Sequence record: NC_047979.1
Reading direction: 5' to 3' (one strand)
From: Escherichia phage Gostya9
Length of the DNA stretch: 64,000 bases
The notes under the pieces were generated by a model. That model did not search any database and was not told the origin of the DNA. It saw only the letters and a program-made list of their open reading frames with translations. Shown here piece after piece: positions 56,391 to 64,000 of this stretch (positions are counted from its first letter, which is position 1; each line of letters starts with the position of its first letter). A program made the position numbers and the translations under genes.

Positions 56391-57128
56391 TTAGTCTCCA
56401 GGAACAACAGGATTAACTGTCACAGCACATATAGTAGAGTCCTTGCTTACTTGCTTACTATCTGTTACAGTTACTTTATAAGAGCCGGCATCCTCAGCTG
56501 CTGCTGCAGGCTTAGTATAGGTAGCTTCTGAAGCATCCGGAATAGGAGAACCATCTTTAGTCCATGCATAAGTATATGGACCAGTACCACCAGTTGCAGT
56601 AACAGAAAGTGTTAATGCTGCTCCCTCTTCGACTGACATGCTAGCAGCTAAATCTGTAGAAAGAGTTAATGGTGGAATAACTGTAGTCACACACTCAACA
56701 GACGTTATACTAGCTTGTTTACTATCAGTAACTACTACTTTATAAGTACCAGCGTCTTCCGCAGCTGCTGTAGCTTTAGTAAAGTTAGGTCCTGATGCTT
56801 CTAGAGGAGAACCATCCTTAGTCCAAGCATACGTATATGGAGCTGTACCGCCACTAACTGTTACGCTTAGATTAATTGCCTCTCCAGTATCAACTTCCAA
56901 AGTGCTATCTAGATCCTTAGTAAAAGCCAGAGGAGGAAATGCTTTATCATAAGCCTCTACAAATTTCTTCCATACTTTACGGTTAGTATGCGCAGATGAA
57001 AGTCCTAGTTCTCTACGCAGAAAAGCATAGCTAGGAACATATTCATGCGCAGCGACCGTAGCAAAGAAGATATGAGATTCTGGCAGGTTTTCACCAAAAA
57101 TGGTCTTTAGACCATTATAATCAATCAT
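56391..57128 (-). CDS. Capsid decoration-like protein with two tandem Ig-like domains
   Basis: Two about 55-aa repeats (SVTVSGGTAPYTYAWTKDGSPLE... and SVTATGGTGPYTYAWTKDGSPIP...). Confidence 0.6.
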   Translation of the reverse strand: MIDYNGLKTIFGENLPESHIFFATVAAHEYVPSYAFLRRELGLSSAHTNRKVWKKFVEAYDKAFPPLAFTKDLDSTLEVDTGEAINLSVTVSGGTAPYTYAWTKDGSPLEASGPNFTKATAAAEDAGTYKVVVTDSKQASITSVECVTTVIPPLTLSTDLAASMSVEEGAALTLSVTATGGTGPYTYAWTKDGSPIPDASEATYTKPAAAAEDAGSYKVTVTDSKQVSKDSTICAVTVNPVVPGD

Positions 57129-58342
57129 TCTTTATCTCCCTCGGTGGAACCTTGAGGTCTACCACCTTCTTGACCAGATACACCTGTTGCAGAACCAGCA
57201 ACGTTAGCAGGAATACGAATCCTATTCATCTGCTCATCATCTAAAGGTTCAAGGTTCAGCTCTAAACGAGCTTCGTTACCAGTCATAATACCATTATTAA
57301 CCAATGAGGTTAAATGTTTAGCCTCAGCTTCTTTATCTGGTGTTAATGCAGCTACCTCCTTAGTATTAGGGGTAATCCTATAACCAAAAAAGAAAGTAAG
57401 AGAACTAGTCAGTTTGTTCAGCATAGGAATGATAGTCATATAATAGAACAATTCGATGTTTGGTCGAATATTCGCATTATTACCACCATCAATCAGTACT
57501 TGCGGAACACCAAAGGCTAGACAGATAGATTTATTAAATCCTGCGATGTCTTCCTTAAAGTCTAGATCTTTAAAAGAGGATATTTGGGAGTACGGTTTAG
57601 CTTTCATACCACCATCTAGAATCAGGACAGAAGACTGACCCGTACTAGGATTATAATCGAGTTGTAATTCTTCTTGTTTACGCTCACGCAATTTCTTGTT
57701 CAGGATTTCATCCGTTTCAAGAATAAGACCAATCACGGTTCCGTTATCTAGGAACTTCTCTTTAAAGTTAAGCATTTTAGAACGCTTCTCAAGAGAATCA
57801 ATAACAGTAGCAACACGAGATTGTCCAGAAATTTGAGAATTTGTGCCACACACGTAACTGTTATCCTTTATAAAGATAATCTCATCTACGCGATAGTTTA
57901 TCTGATTATTAAATATAAATTTTTTGATAAACTTATTGGCATCTGCCTCGACCTGCATAAGAGCGGCCGGGACGTGGTAAAGCGATGTGCCATCCCAATA
58001 GATGTATGCACAACCCTCAAAAAGTAGGTCAGTGACTACAAGTCTACGGAATGTGCTTATATCCATGAATGGATTAGGTCGTACATTTAAGAGAGTGTCT
58101 AGAGTCTTTGTTTTGACGCCATTAGCGTACGTAACAATATTATATTTATCTCCGACAGTATAAGAACACTCCGCCGCACTATCTATAACCATATTGGCAG
58201 TTCGATTGAGAATCTCAATCTTGCTATAGGCTTGTCCAGTGGTAAAAGGCTTACGGTTAGTGCGATGACTAACTGGTTCCATGTCTCTTATAATACGTTG
58301 ACCCGGATTTAGCTTTTCAGTAATCCAGCTTTTAAAACCCAT
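57125..58342 (-). CDS. Portal protein
   Basis: 405 aa directly downstream of terminase/HNH and upstream of the protease. Confidence 0.7.
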   Translation of the reverse strand: MGFKSWITEKLNPGQRIIRDMEPVSHRTNRKPFTTGQAYSKIEILNRTANMVIDSAAECSYTVGDKYNIVTYANGVKTKTLDTLLNVRPNPFMDISTFRRLVVTDLLFEGCAYIYWDGTSLYHVPAALMQVEADANKFIKKFIFNNQINYRVDEIIFIKDNSYVCGTNSQISGQSRVATVIDSLEKRSKMLNFKEKFLDNGTVIGLILETDEILNKKLRERKQEELQLDYNPSTGQSSVLILDGGMKAKPYSQISSFKDLDFKEDIAGFNKSICLAFGVPQVLIDGGNNANIRPNIELFYYMTIIPMLNKLTSSLTFFFGYRITPNTKEVAALTPDKEAEAKHLTSLVNNGIMTGNEARLELNLEPLDDEQMNRIRIPANVAGSATGVSGQEGGRPQGSTEGDKE

Positions 58343-58794
58343 TATAAGAACCTTGCGAATCCTGATTTTGTTTCAGTCTTGACTTGTGTCTTTTCTTGAG
58401 GATTCTGTAATTTGTCTTTCTGCTTTTGAACCCATGCTTTCTGTTTATCAGCAGAAAATAATGGAGGTTCTTTCGTGTAAACCTTATGTAGTAATTGGTG
58501 ATGGTGCTGGCACAATGTTACCACGTCCCTAACTAACTCATGCTCATATTTCTTGTAGAATGCTTCCCTATTTGAAAGGACGATATTCTCATCAGTGAAA
58601 TCCAGCTGGAGTTCTTTAGCAAATTTTTTTATTAGCTGAGATATAGTATGATAATGGTGAAGTTCTAGGTCTTCACTACTACCACATATAGCACAGCAAC
58701 CATCCTTACTATACCTAGATTTTATACCATCCCTCATTATAGAAATGGCATCACGTTTGTACTTAGTATTAGTGGCCATAATCCTCCAATCCAA
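58342..58794 (-). CDS. HNH endonuclease, terminase-associated
   Basis: CAICGSSEDLELHHYH...LCQHHHQLLH HNH/Zn motifs; 150 aa; between terminase and portal. Confidence 0.75.
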   Translation of the reverse strand: MDWRIMATNTKYKRDAISIMRDGIKSRYSKDGCCAICGSSEDLELHHYHTISQLIKKFAKELQLDFTDENIVLSNREAFYKKYEHELVRDVVTLCQHHHQLLHKVYTKEPPLFSADKQKAWVQKQKDKLQNPQEKTQVKTETKSGFARFL

Positions 58795-59297
58795 AGCTAC
58801 TTAGAAAGATTACTATATCCTCTAGGGCAACATTGAGATTCCATCTAATGTGGTATAGCATATATGACCCTTATTGTGTTATAGATGTAGTTTTTATTAG
58901 TATAGTTATTTGATAGCACATACCCTATTCTGAGTATTTTGGCTTTAATAGCTACATCTAGTGATATAGTGTAGAGGTGTAATGTGGTGTTGCTTCCCAA
59001 ACGTGTGCTCTCTGGCATTTAAATACTGTTTTTGTACGTTGGTTTACATATTCACCGACAATTTGGATTCCACGATCAGCTAATCTAATATTTATATCTT
59101 TTATTGTTAGCTTTTGTCGACCCGTAGAATCTCCTACACCTCATGTAGAGCATTAATTTTTTCTTGTTTACGTTCTATTATGGGAGAAGTTCTCCCGATC
59201 AATGAATATAGTATACATAATCGTATCGAATTTGTAAAGGGGATTTTAAAATACAGGAATGGGATACCAACTGAGTAGTATCCCATCCTATACTTAT

Positions 59298-60614
59298 TTA
59301 TTTACCACGGGAAATAGAGTAAATTCCATAGCGGAGCGCATCACAAAGGTGAGAGTTAGCATCATGACGTGGCCTTTCACGTGATAATTTCTCTTCACCT
59401 TCTTGGAAGTCCCACTTATAGTTCTGCAATGCATGAATTAAGGAGGAACATGAGGCATCCACAATAATTTTCCCTTGCTGGAATAGTGCTTGCAAGCATG
59501 CTAGGCCATCTAGGACAGATTTTTTAGCCGGAGCCGACGCGATTTCATGCTCATACGCTAAGTCCTGGCGGAACTGAGCTGCTGCAGAGTCAACAAAAAT
59601 ACGATCAACTTTATAACGATCTATACAGTGCTGAATATAAGCAGCATGCTGAGCTGTAGTTTTCTCCGCCTGCTGGTATTCTTCTAACACATAGTAGGTA
59701 TCTGTATCGTAATGATACTTAATAGTAAGAACTGCTGTAGGATCACGATAACCAACGTCAATACCAAGCAACGTTTCGAATGCTTCATCATCTTTAAAGA
59801 AGTGACGCATACCTTTGAGGTCTTTAACATGATCGATAGCATTAAAGGTATCAAATATCTGTCCTTCGAATACAGAGAAGTCAGCCTCGTATTCCTGGCG
59901 GAAATAGTTTTTACTAACTGTACGACGTGCTTCCTCAATGTCATGCAAGTCAGCACGTGGGTTATCACGATATGTACCATGAATAGATACCCAGTTAGGC
60001 AACGTATCATCAAATCCGTAGGCGTAAAACTCTTTAAACCAGTTACCTCCACGAGGAGTGGAAATAAATAGAGCCTTAGAATTAGGTTTATCTAGAGTAG
60101 GACGCAGCTGAACCCTGAAGGCATCACCGCCCACGTCGGAAATTGCAGCCTCGTCAAAGATGATAAAATCATATGAACGTCCAACTGCGGAGTCAGCCTG
60201 AGCCGCGGAAGCTAGTTTAAATAGAGAACCATTAGCTAACTCAATCTCTTTATCTTTGGCGTTTTCACGTTCGGTTTGTAGGCCATACTTCTTAATAAGA
60301 CCACGAATCTGAGACCATCCGATATTAGCTAGTGAATAGTTAGGAGCAACTACTAGTACCTTCACATTAGGTTCCAGCAATTTTAGGAACCCTAGTGTGT
60401 ATGCTATAAAGGACTTGCCCACACGGCGTGATACACACGCCGTTACAAAACGATGTCTAGGGTCTTCTAGCGCATTGATAATCGCTATTTGAGGGCCATT
60501 AGGTGTAATACCCTCTTGTGCTAATATTCCTGAAACAGGTAGACGAAAGAAACGTTTGTCTACCCCGAAATCAATAACATCTACTGTGTTAACGTAGGGT
60601 CTTGATACTTCCAT
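59298..60614 (-). CDS. Terminase large subunit
   Basis: N-terminal ATPase with Walker A-like CVSRRVGKSF and Walker B-like IIFDEAA; C-terminal nuclease region; 438 aa. Confidence 0.85.
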   Translation of the reverse strand: MEVSRPYVNTVDVIDFGVDKRFFRLPVSGILAQEGITPNGPQIAIINALEDPRHRFVTACVSRRVGKSFIAYTLGFLKLLEPNVKVLVVAPNYSLANIGWSQIRGLIKKYGLQTERENAKDKEIELANGSLFKLASAAQADSAVGRSYDFIIFDEAAISDVGGDAFRVQLRPTLDKPNSKALFISTPRGGNWFKEFYAYGFDDTLPNWVSIHGTYRDNPRADLHDIEEARRTVSKNYFRQEYEADFSVFEGQIFDTFNAIDHVKDLKGMRHFFKDDEAFETLLGIDVGYRDPTAVLTIKYHYDTDTYYVLEEYQQAEKTTAQHAAYIQHCIDRYKVDRIFVDSAAAQFRQDLAYEHEIASAPAKKSVLDGLACLQALFQQGKIIVDASCSSLIHALQNYKWDFQEGEEKLSRERPRHDANSHLCDALRYGIYSISRGK

Positions 60615-61096
60615 TACTTCTTACCTCCAGTAGCTAGGGAAGTAATTAAGTCCATGTAGTTTTGATCCCCAGCTCCAGCAATAATGTTATTCTGGATATT
60701 GGTCTGGTTAGCAGGAGCTCGAACGGCGGCTTTAGCTTTCTCTAGCTCTACCATCATCTTCATTTCTTCCATCTTCATTTTGTGTGCCTTCCAGAGAATA
60801 TCCATAATATCCTGGTCAGAGCCCATGCCAGTTTCTTCCAGTTCCTCTAGTTTACGCTTAATAACTTCGTCTAGAACCCCAAACAAACGATCCCTATTAC
60901 GGAATCCACTCTCCATAAAAATATCGTTTAAGTAGTTCTTAACTTCACTACGATTCATAATATCTCGAAAAGCAATTTCAGACATTCCAAGACTACGTGC
61001 GGCAGAAGGCACATCACTGCCGCACTGTAAATAAGCTTCAATCACATCCATCCCTTCAGGGGACATAAGATCTGGTACTAATACATCATTTGCCAT
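60614..61096 (-). CDS. Putative terminase small subunit
   Basis: 160 aa immediately upstream of terminase large with overlapping stop/start; HTH-like [17 protein letters not shown]. Confidence 0.5.
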   Translation of the reverse strand: MANDVLVPDLMSPEGMDVIEAYLQCGSDVPSAARSLGMSEIAFRDIMNRSEVKNYLNDIFMESGFRNRDRLFGVLDEVIKRKLEELEETGMGSDQDIMDILWKAHKMKMEEMKMMVELEKAKAAVRAPANQTNIQNNIIAGAGDQNYMDLITSLATGGKK

Positions 61097-63033
61097 TATG
61101 TTAACCTCTGTATATTTAATCTTAGCTTAGGAAATTGGATGTACGGCGGTTTGCCTGTGGAAACTCCACCAACCGTTAGAGGAGTAGCACGAGAAGTTCC
61201 CCAGAACTCCAGATTACCAGTACTGCCATTCTTCCTTATATAGTATTGGAACCTGCTCTTTGGTTTACCACCACTAGAGCTAGAAGCCCCTGAGTAGCTA
61301 AAAGCATTTTCCACATAGATAGGAACGTAGACGTTAGGGTTTAAAACTATTATTTGGTGAGATACAGCATCACCTTTATCATAGTCAAATTTGGTTAATC
61401 TTTTGCTAACCCCTGCCGGACTGTATATAGAGCTATTTAAACTCCAGAGATAACCCATTGAAGGATCTCCATTAGGGGAGCATAGGTCATTTCCCATCCA
61501 TTCTATGCTCATAAGCACTACTGTAGTACCAGATGCCGGTAATCCCATCCCAACACTACTAATCATTTTTGTACCACCAGTGGCTATCTCGTGTAGCCAC
61601 TCGTTATCTCCTATAATTACATTACTAGCCTTATTACCAGTAAAGAGCTGTAGAGGCCTAACTGTAGGACTCCAAATATCTACATTATTTATAGAGATTT
61701 TAGGACCCGAGCTATTAATAGCAATACTGCTATTGGTGGGGAATTTGTAAAGCCCAATATTCCATTGTGTTGTAGAACCTATGGAAGTTTCAACGTTTGA
61801 AGCTGCCCAGCTACCTGAACCTCCGGATCCGGTAGTACCATAAAACCTGAAAGCGCCCCCATCCGGTAACGCAGTGGCAGAAGATGCCTGAGTATTACTG
61901 CAAAAGTAGGTATTGCTTATACTAGGAGTACCTGTACTAACCGCTGATAACATTTCATAGGATGTGCTGCGCAAATTGACACCTTTTATATTAAAGTCAG
62001 TCCTACTAACTTTTATATCACTACCCGTAAAAAGGTTTTGAGCTGTATATCCACCAGTATTACTGAATGTTACGTTTAGAACTAGGTATTCCATACGTAC
62101 AGGGGTCATCCCAGCGTAGGTAGCTTCAGTAAACCCAGAAATTAATCCATTCCTAACATGGCGTTCAATCCCAGCACGAACAAATTTAGACATAGGTACA
62201 GAAGCATATAAATCTGGAATACTATTAGCGTAATAATCTATATTCCTAACAGATGAGGCTGTAGTACCTGCATATGTATTTTTTATCCCTGTTAGATTTC
62301 TGGCCCCACCTGCCCTAACGAATACAGTATCATAGGTGCTACTAGATGGGCCTAGGGGATACATATAATCTGGGTTTATCAGAAAGTTTTTTTCCATATC
62401 ACGAATATTTCCTGTGTATGGATTACTGCCTCTAGGAAGCCAATTCCTATTAGGTGTCCTTTTATACGGGTATTGAGACCATACACCAGTAATAGTAGCC
62501 CCCGAAGCTATATCAAAAGCATACGCTGGGTCATAATCCTCTCCAGCCTCAACATTAAATATAGTATAGCCACCAGTACCTGCCACACCAATTCTATCTG
62601 CTACAGTAACTCCCGAAGCAGCCGTATAGTACCCCCATTCTAAGTTGAGATCAAAGGATAAAGACCCACCATATAGACAGGACACACCTATTAAATCTAA
62701 GTCATGCCAAAGGTAGCTAGAAGCTCTGGCCATCCCAAACATCTGATGGTAATATTCAGTACCACCGCTGTTCTTACATACTAAAACAGGAATAACAACG
62801 TTGGCTCTATTGGCCAGGATAGTACGTAGTTCGGTTGGAAGTGTACCAATGAAGTAACCATCACCACCAGCACCTAAGTTTACCGTATAACGTGTCTTCA
62901 CGAAAAGATGTGGCATGTCTGAGTGAAATATAGTATTCCCGTTTGGCGTGTTATGTATGTTAACATCTCCCCCAGAAGCCGTATTGAGGGAAAGGACAGT
63001 TTTCGTTCCTATTCTTCCGGCAAAGAAGCTCAT
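61096..63033 (-). CDS. Putative receptor-binding tail protein (pb5-like position)
   Basis: 645-aa Gly/Ser/Thr/Asn-rich beta-type protein at the head of the late block; size and position match the T5 receptor-binding protein as I recall it. No sequence comparison was possible. Confidence 0.5.
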   Translation of the reverse strand: MSFFAGRIGTKTVLSLNTASGGDVNIHNTPNGNTIFHSDMPHLFVKTRYTVNLGAGGDGYFIGTLPTELRTILANRANVVIPVLVCKNSGGTEYYHQMFGMARASSYLWHDLDLIGVSCLYGGSLSFDLNLEWGYYTAASGVTVADRIGVAGTGGYTIFNVEAGEDYDPAYAFDIASGATITGVWSQYPYKRTPNRNWLPRGSNPYTGNIRDMEKNFLINPDYMYPLGPSSSTYDTVFVRAGGARNLTGIKNTYAGTTASSVRNIDYYANSIPDLYASVPMSKFVRAGIERHVRNGLISGFTEATYAGMTPVRMEYLVLNVTFSNTGGYTAQNLFTGSDIKVSRTDFNIKGVNLRSTSYEMLSAVSTGTPSISNTYFCSNTQASSATALPDGGAFRFYGTTGSGGSGSWAASNVETSIGSTTQWNIGLYKFPTNSSIAINSSGPKISINNVDIWSPTVRPLQLFTGNKASNVIIGDNEWLHEIATGGTKMISSVGMGLPASGTTVVLMSIEWMGNDLCSPNGDPSMGYLWSLNSSIYSPAGVSKRLTKFDYDKGDAVSHQIIVLNPNVYVPIYVENAFSYSGASSSSGGKPKSRFQYYIRKNGSTGNLEFWGTSRATPLTVGGVSTGKPPYIQFPKLRLNIQRLT

Positions 63034-63194
63034 AAAACCTCAAAATTTCACTTGTCAACAAGTCTTTATTTTTGTATACTATAAGTATAAATTAAAAAGG
63101 TATCCAAGTAAACTAAATTTTTTATTTCTTGGACGGTATACTGGCAGAAACCACTATGTAAGAAAAGTAGAAGTCCTTCTAGGAGTCCACAATC

Positions 63195-63386
63195 ATGGTC
63201 GGTTATGCACAAATTATAAAATACTTTAAATATCACATTTATAGGAGCATGAAAGATATGTCAAACAAGAGAAAAAGTAGACGCGGAGAAGTGTATGAGA
63301 GTTGGGTTAATAGTTTTGGACTTGGGACTATCCTATTTTTTATTTTCGTAGGTTTTTGGTTGGCAGCTATGGCGGGGTGGATTTAA
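63195..63386 (+). CDS. Small membrane protein (C-terminal transmembrane helix)
   Basis: aggag RBS 9 nt before the ATG; C-terminal GLGTILFFIFVGFWLAAMAGWI; stop overlaps the next start (TAATG). Confidence 0.45.
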   Translation: MVGYAQIIKYFKYHIYRSMKDMSNKRKSRRGEVYESWVNSFGLGTILFFIFVGFWLAAMAGWI

Positions 63387-63487
63387 TGGAATGGGTAATT
63401 GTTACATTGCTAGGGATTGTGATTATTGGGCAATGTATTAATCACTTAGCTAGAATTGAAACTTTATTACTGGAGAAACGTAAATGA
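63386..63487 (+). CDS. Tiny membrane peptide (33 aa)
   Basis: MEWVIVTLLGIVIIGQCINHLARIETLLLEKRK; translationally coupled on both sides (TAATG and ATGA overlaps). Below the track length cut-off. Confidence 0.35.
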   Translation: MEWVIVTLLGIVIIGQCINHLARIETLLLEKRK

Positions 63488-63678
63488 TGGAAGTAGTAGC
63501 TACACTAATAGTAGTACAAGTCTGGGCAACTTTCATTGTTTCTTATAACGCGTATGTTCGCCTAAAAACTCTAGAAGCTCAAGTAAAACAACAACAAGTT
63601 ACTCTAGAAAAGCTAGTACTACTGCAACGTTGTGATAGTACCCGCATTTTGCAAATTGAGAGGGAATTAGATGTTTAG
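63484..63678 (+). CDS. Small membrane protein (N-terminal transmembrane helix)
   Basis: MMEVVATLIVVQVWATFIVSY... then a coiled-coil-like tail; coupled to its neighbours. Confidence 0.4.
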   Translation: MMEVVATLIVVQVWATFIVSYNAYVRLKTLEAQVKQQQVTLEKLVLLQRCDSTRILQIERELDV

Positions 63679-63916
63679 TATTATACTTGCTTTTATTATC
63701 GGGGTGCTTGCTGGAATTTTCGGAATGACTGCGGCTATTAACAAGCATCGCAAATATATTGCGGGAGTATCGCGGGAGATTGCGGAAAGGGAGCGGAAGT
63801 TTGACGAGAAACGTGCGGAGTTTGAGCGGGAGTGGAGTGATGGTTCTCGGGCGTCGCGGAAGAGATTTCGTGAGTTTAAACCTGAACATCGGTTTGATGA
63901 CCATTCTATGCGCTAA
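63671..63916 (+). CDS. Small membrane protein (N-terminal transmembrane helix, charged tail)
   Basis: MFSIILAFIIGVLAGIFGMTAAI... followed by an Arg/Glu-rich tail; 8-nt overlap with the upstream ORF. Confidence 0.4.
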   Translation: MFSIILAFIIGVLAGIFGMTAAINKHRKYIAGVSREIAERERKFDEKRAEFEREWSDGSRASRKRFREFKPEHRFDDHSMR

Positions 63917-64000
63917 TTGGGAAATCTCGAAATTTCATAAGATTACACATGGAGGTGTGCTCACTGCCGGAGGCGAAAATACTTAGTCTGCTAACCGCCA

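Noticed and set aside
1-64000. CRISPR array, integrase or prophage attachment sites
   Set aside because: No direct-repeat/spacer array and no integrase-like ORF were seen; gene content is that of a virulent phage.

Overview
This window is a ~64 kb contiguous piece of a virulent T5-like siphophage genome (Tequintavirus-type), not a bacterial chromosome. Three blocks are visible. (1) 1-7649, minus strand: early nucleotide-metabolism genes (RNase H fragment, GIY-YIG homing endonuclease, thymidylate synthase, DHFR, class I RNR beta and alpha, PhoH). (2) 8045-36320, plus strand: early replication and accessory genes (anaerobic RNR NrdD, a sirtuin-like protein, an origin-binding-type ATPase, a two-ORF NAD-dependent ligase, DnaB-like helicase, primase, family A DNA polymerase, DEAH helicase, SbcD/SbcC-like nuclease, flap endonuclease, dUTPase). 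(3) 36378-63033, minus strand: the late morphogenesis operon (receptor-binding protein, terminase, portal, protease, major capsid, tail tube, tape measure, baseplate proteins, tail fibre). The early and late blocks converge on a bidirectional terminator at 36324-36358. The T5-like assignment rests on gene order, on protein lengths matching my recollection of T5, and on an early promoter at 16683-16740 that matches my memory of the T5 PN25 promoter; none of this was checked against a database. The most notable departures are: a 359-aa intein with a LAGLIDADG endonuclease inside the DNA polymerase; a short tail-fibre gene with tandem 42-nt repeats; three free-standing homing-endonuclease genes; a sirtuin-like gene without a zinc ribbon inside a cluster of small unknowns; a ~700-bp ORF-free region behind a strong promoter; and a translationally coupled operon of four tiny membrane proteins divergent from the receptor-binding protein gene. 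No tRNA, rRNA, CRISPR array, integrase or obvious lysis cassette was seen. Start codons are frequently uncertain because the ORF track uses alternative starts; where I moved a start I say so.
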